Shown: positions 1-11,814 of the stretch, one piece after another | How positions within the stretch are numbered: position 1 is the first letter of the stretch | Layout: the number at the start of each line of letters is the position of its first letter | Assembly (NCBI GenBank): GCA_927911475.1 | Contig: CAKMPP010000035.1 | Coordinates: 1-48,856 of the forward strand | DNA: 48,856 nucleotides | Source: an uncultured Solobacterium sp. | GTDB lineage: Bacteria > Bacillota_I > Bacilli_A > Erysipelotrichales > Erysipelotrichaceae | Direction of reading: 5' to 3' | The notes under the pieces: generated by a model | Seen by the model: only the letters and a program-made list of their open reading frames with translations | The model's database searches: none | Told to the model about the DNA's origin: nothing | Translations under genes and position numbers: made by a program

Positions 1-707
1 TTATTCACGATAGCGACAAGACTCTTAATCTGTGGGTACTTTACTAGAACATCTTTGATTAAGCTATCACTATTGTGGAATGGATAGTTTCTTACCACAA
101 GTGCAACCATCACTTCCCCTGTGTTATGTGCATGTTTGATCAATACATGTCGCATCTCTCTTCCACATGCAAGCATGTCAAATTGTTTACGGAAGTAATT
201 TGTAAGTTCGTTTGATAAATCTGTTTGTACATGGCATACATCATATTGCACAATGCGATTGGAATGTGGTGCATAGAACCCCATTTCCACCTTACTGTCA
301 TTGCATTGTACTGGTATCTGTACCTTATTACGATAATTCCAATGTGGTTCTACTTTGATAATTGGTTGTATTTCTACATCCATACCTGCAATCTTATGGA
401 AACAGTCTTTGACTTTGTTTTCTTTGAACGCATTTTGTTCATCACTATCCATATGTTGTAGTTGACAACCACCGCACTGTTTATACACAGAGCAGATTGG
501 ATTCATACGATGCATTGATGGTTTTAGGATTTTAATAATACGGCCATAACCATAATTCTTCTTCATCTTTGTGATGCCAATTTCTGCTTCTTCTCCATTT
601 AGAAGACCTGGTACGAAAATGACGATACCGTTAATACGGGTAACGCCTGCACCATCTTCTGAATAACCTGTCGCTGTTGCGACATATCTCTCGTTTTTTT
701 CCATCAT
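1..707 (-). CDS. rlmD: 23S rRNA (uracil-5)-methyltransferase RlmD family, 5' part (runs off window)
   Basis: Manual translation from ATG at 707: MMEKNERYVATATGYSEDGAGVTRINGIVIFVPGLL (TRAM domain), CSVYKQCGGCQLQH Fe-S motif, YRNK, MRHVLIKHAHNTGEVMV; open to the window edge, so absent from the ORF track. Confidence 0.9.
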   Translation of the reverse strand, partial: MMEKNERYVATATGYSEDGAGVTRINGIVIFVPGLLNGEEAEIGITKMKKNYGYGRIIKILKPSMHRMNPICSVYKQCGGCQLQHMDSDEQNAFKENKVKDCFHKIAGMDVEIQPIIKVEPHWNYRNKVQIPVQCNDSKVEMGFYAPHSNRIVQYDVCHVQTDLSNELTNYFRKQFDMLACGREMRHVLIKHAHNTGEVMVALVVRNYPFHNSDSLIKDVLVKYPQIKSLVAIVN

Positions 708-720
708 CTTTTTATATTCT

Positions 721-745
721 AAAAAAGGGATATGTTGTATCCCTT
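721..745 (-). terminator. Intrinsic terminator after the 744..1427 gene
   Basis: AAGGGATA/TATCCCTT stem followed by a T-run on the minus strand. Confidence 0.65.
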
Positions 746-1427
746 ATTGTTGAGTCTGCTGTGTTTGTTGTGTTGATTCTGTATTTTCAGTATTCTCTGT
801 GCTTGGCTGCTCTTTCTGAGCCTGTGCTTCAGCAGCTGCTGCAGCTTCTGCTGCTTTTCTAGCTTCTACTGCATCTCTTAAGCTTTGCGCAACTTCCGCA
901 TTCTTAGGACTACTTACCAATTGGTATTGTGGGGCACTCATTGCGGATGTTTTTGTAAAGATACCATAAATGAAGTTATCTTTGTCACGTCCATCTTTCA
1001 TATTAGATGTATGAATCTCTAAGTCATACATCTTCATATCATTGCCTTGTGAGAAGTATACATTTGGATCTAAGATTGCAACTACTGCTTCATAAGCACG
1101 TCCTGTCACATCTTGAACCGCTTCTGCTGTTGAATCTTCTGCTACATCAACATATACACGCAATGTACCAGTTGCTAGATGTACACTATGACCTGTTACG
1201 CCTTCAAGCGCACCTACTGCATCATCTACTTGCTTTAGCTGATCCTTTGTAATTGCAGGATTTAAATCATTTTCATAACGGTTACCCAATACTGGTGAAT
1301 GGGAATCCATATATGTCGATGTTAGCATCCAACCAAAGTAAATCGCTGGCGCAAGAATCAATATCAAGCATACTGTAAATACAATATGCACAAGTTTTAA
1401 TCCGTGTTTTCTGTTTTTCTGTGTCAT
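744..1427 (-). CDS. Hypothetical membrane-anchored protein with Ala/Gln/Thr-rich low-complexity C-terminal tail
   Basis: 227-aa ORF, single N-terminal TM helix, RBS GGAG upstream. Confidence 0.8.
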   Translation of the reverse strand: MTQKNRKHGLKLVHIVFTVCLILILAPAIYFGWMLTSTYMDSHSPVLGNRYENDLNPAITKDQLKQVDDAVGALEGVTGHSVHLATGTLRVYVDVAEDSTAEAVQDVTGRAYEAVVAILDPNVYFSQGNDMKMYDLEIHTSNMKDGRDKDNFIYGIFTKTSAMSAPQYQLVSSPKNAEVAQSLRDAVEARKAAEAAAAAEAQAQKEQPSTENTENTESTQQTQQTQQ

Positions 1428-1475
1428 ATTACTCTCCGTACTTATTGTAGTCTTTTTCTGAGAAATACGCCAGTC

Positions 1476-2909
1476 TTAATCATGAACGCGTTTTTTTAGC
1501 TCTTCCTCTAAGATTTGCGATACCATTCCTGGGTTAGCCTGTCCCTTAGATTTCTTCATTACTTGTCCGACTAAGAAACCTACTGCACGACCCTTACCAT
1601 TCTTGTAATCTTCGATTGCTTGTGTATTTGCGTCGAGTACTTCATTAACCATTGCAGTTAACGCTGAACTATCGGAAACTTGTTTTAAGCCCTTTTCTTC
1701 AGCTGCTACTTCTGGATCTTTACCTAGCATCAAGTCATCACATAATTGTTTTGCTTGTGCGGAGGATACTTTACCTTCGTCAACTAATGCAATCATCTTG
1801 GCAAGCATTTCTGGTTTTAATTCTGATTTATCAATGCTTGTTTCATGTTTGTTGAGCCATGCGCTTACTTCGCCTAATAGCCAGTTGCACACAGCCTTCG
1901 CGTTTATTGTATACTTCATGACTTCTTCGAAGAACTTGGACATTTCCATATCAGCGATTAAGATACGAATATCATGCTCACTTAATGCATACTGTTTTGC
2001 ATAACGTTCTTTTCTCGCTTCTGGAAGTTCAGGCATATGTTCTTGAATATCTTGAATCCAAGAAGAATCTAATAGAATTGGGAAAATATTTGGTTCAGGG
2101 AAAAACTTATAGTCCACAGAACCTTCTTTACGACGCATCATGACAGTTGTATTTGTCTTTTCGTCATAACGACGTGTTTCCTGGTGAATCACTTCTCCTG
2201 CTTCTAGTAATTCTTTCTGACGTTGAATTTCATACTCTACAGCTTTACCGACGTGGGAGATAGAGTTTAAATTTTTAATTTCATTCTTAACACCTAACTT
2301 ATTAGAACCCTTTGGTGCGATGGAGACGTTAACGTCACAACGCATGGAACCTTCTTCCATCTTACAATCGGATACACCGATATAGAATAGTGTCTGACGA
2401 AGTGCCTCAACGTAAGCTTCTGCTTCTTCTCCTGTTTTCATATCTGGACAGGAGACGATTTCGATAAGTGGAGTTCCAGCACGGTTAAAGTCTAATAAGG
2501 AGAACTTTGTTAAGTGGAACTGCTTCGCTGTATCTTCTTCCATGTGGATACGCTCGATACGTATCTTCTTCTTTCCGGCACTTGTGTTAATTTCAATATA
2601 TCCATTTCTTCCGATTGGATGGAATTGTTGGGTAATCTGGAATCCTTTTGGTAAATCGGAATAGTAATAGTTTTTACGATCAAACTTTAGAAGTGGATCA
2701 ATTTCCAAGTGTAGTGCAGTACATGCTTGAATGGCTTTTTTAACTGCTTCTACATTCACTGATGGAAGTGTTCCTGGATGACCTAAGTCGATCTCATTAA
2801 CACAAGTATTTGCTTTGCGGCCAAAGGAAGTTGGCGCACCAGAGAACATCTTTGTGTTTGTCTTTAACTGACAGTGAATTTCAATACCTATGGTTGCTTC
2901 GTATTCCAT
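1476..2909 (-). CDS. gatB: Asp/Glu-tRNA amidotransferase subunit B
   Basis: IGIEIH, FDRKNYYYSDLPKGFQITQ, RIHMEED, NRAGTPLIEIV, MEEGSMRCDVN motifs. Confidence 0.98.
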   Translation of the reverse strand: MEYEATIGIEIHCQLKTNTKMFSGAPTSFGRKANTCVNEIDLGHPGTLPSVNVEAVKKAIQACTALHLEIDPLLKFDRKNYYYSDLPKGFQITQQFHPIGRNGYIEINTSAGKKKIRIERIHMEEDTAKQFHLTKFSLLDFNRAGTPLIEIVSCPDMKTGEEAEAYVEALRQTLFYIGVSDCKMEEGSMRCDVNVSIAPKGSNKLGVKNEIKNLNSISHVGKAVEYEIQRQKELLEAGEVIHQETRRYDEKTNTTVMMRRKEGSVDYKFFPEPNIFPILLDSSWIQDIQEHMPELPEARKERYAKQYALSEHDIRILIADMEMSKFFEEVMKYTINAKAVCNWLLGEVSAWLNKHETSIDKSELKPEMLAKMIALVDEGKVSSAQAKQLCDDLMLGKDPEVAAEEKGLKQVSDSSALTAMVNEVLDANTQAIEDYKNGKGRAVGFLVGQVMKKSKGQANPGMVSQILEEELKKRVHD

Positions 2910-4324
2910 TATTTCACCTCCGTCTGCAAATCCCTTAAACCTGTGATATCTTCAATTGCCTTTGCAATTGTAAACATTGTACTCTCTTGCCATGCAGGGC
3001 ATGTTAGGTTTACACCAATTGGACAACCCTCTTCAAATCCCATTGGGACTGTCATCGATGGATCACCTGAGAAGTTTGCCATTGCCATGTAGTTTTCTGC
3101 CACTAAGTAGTCAGTTGATAACTTATCATCGTTATTAATCGCATCGATAAAATGGTGCGATTGTTCCACTGGCTGGAGCGAGAATGCAATCATATTCCTG
3201 AAAGCATTCTTTCATCGCATTAACAATCAAGCGTCTAACCTTCTGTGCCTTACGGAAGATACGCTCTTGGTTCGCTTCAAATAAGCCATATGATCCAATT
3301 ACAATCTTCTACGAATCAAAGGTCCAAAACCCTTTGTACGTGAGTTTGTCATGATTTCCTGCATATCTGCACCATCTTCACGCACACCGAAACGAATACC
3401 ATCTAAGTTAGAGTGATTGGAAGCCGCTTCGCAGTTAGCGATTGTATAGTACGTTGGTAAGATTGCACGCATGAGCTTATCATCAAAGTGATACGTATCT
3501 ACCACAGCACCTGCTGCCTTGAGCTTATCTACAAGTTCGTTAAACATCTTCACTGTTTCAGGATTTGATACGCTATCGATGACATTACCAAGTATCGCAA
3601 TCTTCTTACCTTGGATGCTATCATTAAGCGCTTCTGTGTAATGTTCAACTGGACGATTTGATGAAGTAACATCTAAATCATCACGTCCTGCTAATACTTC
3701 TAATGTAATGCATGCATCTTCAACTGATCTTGTAAAGTAACCTACATGATCCAAAGAAGATGCGTATGGAATAATACCGTAACGGCTGATTCTTCCGTAT
3801 GTTGGTTTTACACCAACAACACCGCAATAAGATGCAGGTTTTCTTACAGAGTCACCTGTATCTGAACCGATTGCCATTGGTACAACACCTGCTGCCACAA
3901 GTGCTGCTGAACCACCAGAGGATCCACCTGTCATACGACGTGTATCCCATGGGTTGTGTGCTGCACCTGTAAAGCATGTTAAGTTTGTACCGCCCATCGC
4001 AAGTTCATCCATGGATGCCTTTGCGATACATACTGCACCTGCTTCACGCAATTTCTTTGTGATTGTCGCATCATAGATTGGGAAGTAGTTAGAGAGAATA
4101 CGTGAACCTGAAGTTGTACGAATTCCCTTTGTATTTACGTTATCTTTAATTGCGATTGGAACACCATGCAGTAAACCACCTTCTGGTAGTTGTGCTAATT
4201 GATCCTTTGGATCAACAAATGTGATGACTGCATTTAGTTTATCTTGTAATTCCTGTGCTTTTGCGTAAGCTTCTTCACAGCGAGCAGTAATATCTGCTGG
4301 ATGATTTACCATATCTTTAATCAT
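2909..4324 (-). CDS. gatA: Asp/Glu-tRNA amidotransferase subunit A (two frameshifts near 3150-3300, likely sequencing errors)
   Basis: IAIKDN, GGSSGGS, GSDTGDSVRKP amidase signature; C-terminus continues in other frames (VIGSYGLFEANQERIFRKAQKVRRLI). Confidence 0.95.
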
Positions 4325-4620
4325 TACTTCACCACCTTTGGTAGAACAAAATGTCCTTCCAATTTCTTCGTTACATTTCTCATCGCATCATCTTGAGAGA
4401 TTACATGATCTGGCTCATCTTGACGGATGTATGTTGTTGGTTCTTCAAACGGATAAATCATTTCCTCTACACCGTCTGTATCAATTTCTTCCATAATCGC
4501 AAACTGCTTTTCTAACGTACCAAACTCCTTAACTAGTTCGTCTGCTTCTTCGTCTGATAGGTCAAACATCAGTTGATTTGCTAACTTTTGGAAGTATTCT
4601 CTATCTTTGTTTTCTACCAT
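4324..4620 (-). CDS. gatC: Asp/Glu-tRNA amidotransferase subunit C
   Basis: 98 aa, LANQLMFDLS...GHFVLPKVV, directly upstream of gatA. Confidence 0.93.
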   Translation of the reverse strand: MVENKDREYFQKLANQLMFDLSDEEADELVKEFGTLEKQFAIMEEIDTDGVEEMIYPFEEPTTYIRQDEPDHVISQDDAMRNVTKKLEGHFVLPKVVK

Positions 4621-4681
4621 GATTTATACCTCGTTTCTCGCTGATATATTTTAGCGTTAAATAGCGATTTTATCAATGTTA

Positions 4682-6663
4682 TCAATCTTTTACAAAGCGA
4701 GCAATAAACTCTTCTTCTGAAAGAATTGGAATATTGAGTTGTTTTGCTTTTTGTATTTTTTGGATGATGACGAAGTCACATCGTTATTAATTAGATAATT
4801 GGTTGCTTTGGATACAGAACCCTGTTACCTTACCACCCTGTGATTCAATATAATCCTTTAGCTCATTACGATTTGTATAATGATGTACATCCCCTGTCAC
4901 AACAAAGGTTAGTCCTTCACAAAGATTACCACTTGCGACTGTATTGGAACGCTGCACTGTAATTTCATCTAACAGGTCTTCAAGTTGTGCAATATTTTCT
5001 GGATCTTTGCACCAACTCACAAAAAGCATTGGATTTTTCAGGTCCGATTCCATCAATGGAACTAAATACCTCTGTTGTCTCTGTATTTCTTGCGATATCA
5101 ACTAACTCTCTAAATGGATAGACAGAGAGTAATCGTTTTGCAACATCCTTACCAATCAAAGGAATATTCAGGGCATAAACAAGTTTTGTTTCGTCAATCT
5201 CTCTTGCTCGATCGATTGATTCCATGATATTCGCTGCAGATTTTTCACCAAAGCCTTCTAAGTCTGTGATTTCTTCGTGGTGTTTAGAGAGACGGAAGAT
5301 ATCTCCATACTTTGTAATCCATCCTTCATTGATGAATCTTGCTAGTGTTTGCTCTGAGATACCATCGATATCCATACCTGCCTTTGACACAAAGCGATTG
5401 AATTTTCTTCAGTTTTTTAGCCGGACAACTAGGATTTGTACACTTGAGGGTTTCTGTTCCTCGCTCACTCATATCTACAACTGTTTCACTATGACAAACA
5501 GGACAAGTTTCTGGAATATGGAACTTTCCTACAGCCTGTTTAACACTGATGACCTTTGGAATAATCTTATTTGCCTTGATGACTTCAAGTTCACTACCTG
5601 CATCTCCAATCCCTAAACGTTTGCATTCACTAATATTACAGAGAGATGCACGTTTGACGGTTGTACCTTCGATTTCTACTGGAGTAAAAACTGCTACTGG
5701 TGTAATGGTAGATGCTGCACAAGACCACTCGATATGTTCGAGTTTGGATAGTACTGATTCATCTTGCCACTTAAATGCAAAACCCGCTCTAGTCGCATGG
5801 TGTCCTGTTACAGAACCACCTGCCGCATATTCTGTATCATCATAGACAACAACCAAACCATCCACTGGATATGGATTGATTGCATTCGTAACCTTCTTTG
5901 TAAACTTTTCAATTTCTGCATTGATATTTGCAAGTGTTGGATGTTTTACACACTCACGTTCAACAACTTGGAAGCCTAGCTTCTCCATATAGTCCATACG
6001 CTTGCCCCAAGAAGTAATTTCTTCTTCCGTATACACAAGTGTAAATGGAATCCAATGAATCTGACGTTTCTTTACTTCTTCAATATCTTTTAGGGTTAAT
6101 GAACCTGACGCAAGATTTCTAGGGTTTGCGTAATCTTCACCAGACTCCATTACAAACTGATTAAAGTCTTCGTATGAAATTACTGCTTCACCACGGATAA
6201 CAAGATGTCCCTTTTCAGAGATAGTCTGTGGAATTCCATGGATTGCCGTGGACAAATGGGTAATGTTTGTGCCAACATGTCCATCCCCACGGGTAACAAC
6301 TTTACTTAACCTGCCATTATCGTATGTCACAACAAGTGTTAAACCATCTAGTTTCCATGAAATCCAGATAGGCTTTCCTTCAGCCCACTTTTCAACTTCT
6401 TCTGGCTTCTTTGTTTTCGCAAGTGATAAAGCCAAGAATTCATGAGCCTCTTTTTGACCTGCAGTATGATCACTAGAGACTTTCATTGTTGGAGAGTCTT
6501 CTAACACAACACCTGTTTCTTCTTCTAATTTTTTCAAACGGTCAAATAAGGCATCCCATTCGTAGTCTGTCATTTGTTCTGCCTTACCGTCATAGTATGC
6601 ATCAGCTGCTTGATTTAACTGCGCGACCATCTGTCGCATAAGTTCTAATTTATCTTCGCTCAT
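4682..6663 (-). CDS. ligA: NAD-dependent DNA ligase (several frameshifts)
   Basis: KLDG adenylation motif, TRGDG, NPRNLASGSL, CPVC..C....C zinc finger, HhH motifs, BRCT (FVVTG...GSVSK...ILSEEEF) spread over ORFs 5326..6663, 4980..5390, 4787..5101. Confidence 0.95.
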
Positions 6664-6664
6664 G

Positions 6665-8843
6665 TTAACTCCTTAAATCTGTCTTCTTCTTGATGCTTGG
6701 GTGTCCTGCCGCAACCTTCTTCACACCAAATGGATATGGGAATGCAATTTTCCGCAATCTCATTTTTTGATACTGATGACTAAGCCTTCACCAAACTTTG
6801 CATGAATGACTGTATCACCCTTCTTTAATCCTGAAGGTTTTGCCTTTGCCATCTGTTGTGTAAAAGATGAAGCACCATTATCAAATAATCTTTCTGATAA
6901 ACGAGCATCTCTTTGTGCATTACCTGCATGCATACTAGAACCTAAATGTTCAATGTATTCTGCATCGATTTCTTCGATAAATCGTGAAGTTGTTCGTACG
7001 CGCTGAAGAATCATGGAGAATCCACCTGCTTCGGTTAGATAGAGCTTATTTCTAGCTCTTGTAAAGGCAACATACGCTAGACGTCTTTCTTCCTCCACAC
7101 CACGATGACTTTCATTTACTGCTCTTTCATTTGGGAAGATACCTTCATTCATATCTGAAATAAACACAGTATCAAACTCCAAACCCTTTGCCGCATGGAC
7201 TGTCATTAACTGTACAAAGTCACTTGCCAGTGTCTCTTCACGGTCTCCATAGAGGGACACTAATTGTAAGTATTCATCTAGAGTACTTTCTGGATATGTC
7301 TCAGAGAATTCTTTAACATCATCAATTAATTCTTTTAAGTTTTCAATGCGGTCTTGTTCCTTGGCTTCAGTTAACATCGCACGATAGCCACTTTCTTCAA
7401 TGATTTGTTCAAACAGTTTAAAGATTTCAATCTCACCACTATTTGCGCGTTTACGCCATGATTCGACCATGTTTACGAAGTTTATCATCGTCGTTAACAT
7501 CTTGCCACTAAATAGAGAAGTATCTTTCAACACTTCATACATGGAAGTATTTCTTGCGCGTGCAGTTTCCACAATTAAATCCATCGTCTTATTACCAACC
7601 CCACGCTTTGGGCGATTGAGGATACGTTGTAATGCAAGATCATCTGCTATCGTTACCATACGTAGGTAACATAGTGCATCCTTAACTTCCTGACGTTCAT
7701 AGAAGCGTGTGCCACCATAGATGATGTATGGAATTCTTTCATCAAGTAGTGCTTTTTCTAAGGAACGAGATAAGTAATTAGAACGATATAAAATTGCAAT
7801 GTCATGATAACTCTTACCTTCACGATGTAAATTAGAAATCTTACCTGCAATCCAAGCTGCTTGATATTCATCGCTCGCTGCAGAATAATGGGTGATCTTT
7901 TCATCGCTTTGACGATTGGTAAATAGTTCTTTATCAACACGATATTTATTATTTTTGATAACGGAATTTGCGCCATTGAGGATTGCCTCAACAGAACGAT
8001 AATTCTCATTTAAAATGATTGTTTTCGCTTGTGGATAATCTTTAGCAAAATTCATAATGATATTCACATCCGCTCCACGCCATGTATAGATTGTCTGGTC
8101 TGGATCACCTACTACAAGTAAGTGATTCATAGGACCGGTTAATTGGTTAATTAATTCATACTGTTTCTTATCGATATCCTGAAACTCATCTACCAAGATA
8201 TAGTTAAAATGTCTTTGCCACTTTTCTAAAATTTCTGGGAATTTAGCAAACATGCGTACAGTCCATAAAATCAAATCATCAAAGTCTAATGCATATAAAT
8301 CTCTTTGACGCTTATCATAGAACGTATATATCTCTGCCTTTACTTTATCCGCATGATAATCACCTGCCAAAACAAGCGCTCTTTCTGGTGTAATATCTGC
8401 TGTTTTATTATTGGCAATGTAGTCCAACATAGAACTATAGGAATATGTTGTCGCATCAATTCCTTGTAACTTATACGCTTCCTTGAGTACGGACTTTTGG
8501 TCTTCTGTATCCATGATAGTAAAGTTACGTGGATATCCCATCGCAATAATATCTTCGCGTAGAATACGTACACATAAGGAGTGGATTGTACTTACCCATG
8601 GTGCACTTGTCTGACTAGCAAGCATATTACGAACACGCTCTTTCATTTCATTAGCTGCTTTATTGGTAAATGTGATTGCCAAAATCTTCGTCGGCCAAAC
8701 ATTTTCATCTTCAATTAAATGCACAATGCGCATTGTTAAAACTCTCGTCTTACCAGAACCTGCACCCGCAATAATTCTGAGGTACTTTTCTTTGGATAAA
8801 ACTGCATCTTTTGGTTTTCGTTTAAACTATTTATATCAATCAT
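6665..8843 (-). CDS. pcrA: ATP-dependent DNA helicase PcrA/UvrD (frameshifts near both ends)
   Basis: AGAGSGKT Walker A upstream of the listed ORF, AITFTNKAA, VDEFQD, VGDPDQ, TVHAAKGLEF, EERRLAYVAFTRA. Confidence 0.96.
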
Positions 8844-9042
8844 CACTACACACTCCACATTCTGCATTACTTCATTTTGATTCAAAATAATATTTTCGGT
8901 GAATCTATTTCCCGTAGGTTCTATTATACCATTGACTACCCTCAATGAGGGGCTGTAGCACAATGTAAATATATTATTTTCTTTTCTGAAACCCCTAAGG
9001 AAAGCGTGCAGTTCATGGTATAATGAGCAAAGAGGTAACCCC

Positions 9043-9920
9043 ATGGCAAGAATAGCAAATCAATGGAAAGATTATACCTGCTTTGATGCAGGAAATGGCG
9101 AAAAATTAGAGCAGTGGAAAGGTATCGTTTTAAGACGTCCAGACCCACAAGCAATCTGGCCAGCAAAGCAGAATACAAACCTATGGCAAGATACAGATGC
9201 CATCTATCATCGCTCGGATAAAGGTGGTGGTCATTGGGAGTATCGCAAGAAGCTTCCAGAATCATGGACTATCAATTATAAAGATCTTACATTCAAGGTA
9301 TCCCCAACCGGTTTTAAACACACTGGCTTATTTCCTGAACAAGCAGTGAACTGGGATTGGATGTCTGATCTAATCAAGAAATATCCAAATGAAGAGATTC
9401 GTGTTCTCAATCTTTTTGCCTACACTGGTGGTGCTACCATGGCATGTGCCAAGGCTGGTGCTGCAGAAGTTGTGCACGTAGACGCATCTAAAGGTATGGT
9501 GCAATGGGCAAAAGAAAATCGTGACTTGTGTGGTCTTCAAAATAATAAAATTCGTTTTATCGTTGATGATTGCTTGAAGTTCGTTGAACGTGAAAAGCGC
9601 CGTGGACATACCTATCATGGTATCCTAATGGATCCACCTTCCTATGGAAGAGGTCCAAATGGAGAGATGTGGAAGTTTGAAAAAGAAGTCACTAAACTAA
9701 TCCAAGCTTGTGCAGAAATCCTTGATAAAGACGCTTTGTTCTTCTTAATCAACAGCTATACAACTGGTTTTTCTTCCATCGTTTTAGATAACACACTTTG
9801 TACTATGATCTTGCCAGATCATCCAATGGTATTGTGGAAACAGGCGAAATTGCCCTTCCAATCGCAAATCGCGATTTACTACTCCCATGTGGAATCTATG
9901 GCAGTTGGCAGAGAAAATGA
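9043..9920 (+). CDS. Class I SAM-dependent (rRNA) methyltransferase, RlmI-like (frameshift near 3' end)
   Basis: KHTGLFPEQ, VLNLFAYTGG, VDAS, DPPSYGRG; the natural end LPCGIYGSWQRK is in a shifted frame. Confidence 0.85.
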
Positions 9921-10588
9921 TTAACGTCCTCTACGAAGATAACCACGTCTTATGCGTGGAAAAGCCAATCAATATTCCTGTCATGGAAGATGATTCTCAC
10001 GACATGGATTTATTAACCATGTGTAAAGAATATCTCAAAGAGAAATATCAAAAACCAGGTAACGTATATTGTGGTCTTGTACATCGTTTAGATCGACCGG
10101 TTGGTGGTGTCATGGTATTTGCGAAGACCTCCAAAGCAGCTTCTCGTTTATCCGAGTCTGTTCGAACACACCAACTAAAGAAAGAATACCTCGCAATTCT
10201 CGACGGTATTCCTACAAAGCAGAGTGATATATTAGAAGATTATCTATCCAAGGATACGCGTACCAATACCGTCAGTGTAACTGACGCAAAACATGGTAAG
10301 AAATGTCATTTATCCTACGCAGTCATTGGTCAAAAAGGAAGACAGTCCCTTGTGCACATCATACTTGGTACAGGTCGATCACATCAAATTCGCGTTCAAT
10401 TCGCCAGTCGCAAATTACCACTCATTCATGATCAACGATACAATCCACATACAACAAAAGGTACGATTGGATTGTATGCATTCCGCTTAACATTCCCACA
10501 TCCAACCTTAAAAACACCTATCGTAGTACAAGCAACCCCTACTTCATCAATATGGAAAGAATTTGAGGTGAACTATGACAAACTATAA
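9917..10588 (+). CDS. RluA-family pseudouridine synthase
   Basis: VLYEDNH, VHRLDRPVGG, TGRSHQIRVQ; ATG overlaps the upstream stop codon. Confidence 0.92.
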   Translation: MINVLYEDNHVLCVEKPINIPVMEDDSHDMDLLTMCKEYLKEKYQKPGNVYCGLVHRLDRPVGGVMVFAKTSKAASRLSESVRTHQLKKEYLAILDGIPTKQSDILEDYLSKDTRTNTVSVTDAKHGKKCHLSYAVIGQKGRQSLVHIILGTGRSHQIRVQFASRKLPLIHDQRYNPHTTKGTIGLYAFRLTFPHPTLKTPIVVQATPTSSIWKEFEVNYDKL

Positions 10589-11799
10589 TAAAAAATCCCC
10601 CAAAGAGTACAGCATAGTAGCGGTACAATCAATCCACCAAGAAAACGCAAAAAACCAAGACGTCGTATTCGTCCTGAAATTTTGATTGGACTTATGATTG
10701 TTCTTTGTATTCTGGTAACAGCACTCATACTGCCAAATATGATTACCAATTCAAAGTTAAAGGGTCTTGGCTATACCAATACGCAAATCAAAGAAATCAA
10801 AAATGAAAGACTCACAAAGGAAATCTTGGACAATCGATACTACTCTGTGGCACTTGCGAATGCACTTGATAAAAAGACACTGAATGTGGATTACTTAGAA
10901 CTTTATACATCTGTAAAAGATAACCGTGCACTAACTGCAGAAGACTTCTTACTTGTAAGTCGCCTTAAGGATAAGGGATATGAACAAGCACAGATTCTCA
11001 ATCTCTTTAAGAATTTAGAGTATTGGGAAATTACACCACTACTTGTATTCGATTATCAATGGGATGAAAAGTATATATCGATGATTGTGTTCTACATCGT
11101 GATACAAACTCCAAAGATTCTTTCACATTATCAAACAAGTTCATTGAATCAAATACAGAAAATATCGTATCCGATCCTTCTTCCATCACAGTATATGTGA
11201 ATCAGAAGAATAATCTACCAGCAGAATACGCACCAGAAGATCTACAGACAATCGATCTTCAATACGCATCACAAGGTGTACAGTTACGTGCAGAAGCAGC
11301 TAAGAACTTTGAAGCACTTTCTGCCGCAAGTATCCAAAACAAGGTTCCATTCTTTGCGTCAACAGGATATGTATCCTATCAAACATTAAAGGATATCTAC
11401 AGTTCCTATAACGCAGATGTAGCCAACTTATATGCGGATATCCCTGGACAATCCGAACAGCAGACAGGTTACGCTGCAGATGTAAGTCCTACATATGAAG
11501 GTGGTGCCTTCTCACAGACAAACACCTATCAATGGCTCAAAGAAAACGCAACAGAATATGGATTTATCTTACGTTATCCTGTTTCAAAAGCAGCGATTAC
11601 CGGCAATAAGTCTGAAACAAACCAGTTACGTTACTTAGGCAAATCACTAGCTAAGGCTATCGTTGATTCCAATCTAACTTATGATGAGTATCATGCATTA
11701 TATCTAGCAAGTTGGTCAGATGAGAAAAATATGCCAAAGGAAAATGTATTAAGTGCTACGAATTACCAAAAATATCTAAATGAAAAGTCCGATGAATGA
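10575..11799 (+). CDS. Membrane-anchored M15B (LdcB/VanY-like) carboxypeptidase-family protein with degenerate active site; frameshifted
   Basis: Basic N-terminus plus TM helix; C-terminal VNQKNNLPAEYAPEDL, PGQSEQQTGYAAD, WLKENATEYGFILRYP, ETNQLRYLG; joins ORFs 10682..11200 and 11197..11799. Confidence 0.8.
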
Positions 11800-11810
11800 T
11801 CGGACTTTTT
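11783..11810. terminator. Bidirectional terminator
   Basis: AAAAGTCCGAT...ATCGGACTTTT between convergent genes. Confidence 0.8.
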
Positions 11811-11814
11811 CTTT

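Noticed and set aside
3840..3875. Unusual GatA motif GSDTGDS instead of GSDTGGS
   Set aside because: The catalytic Ser and Lys are retained; from recall this variant occurs in Mollicutes-related lineages
2909..6663. Programmed ribosomal frameshifting or true pseudogenes in gatA and ligA
   Set aside because: Multiple indels per gene and across the window, with no consistent slippery-site structure; sequencing error is more parsimonious
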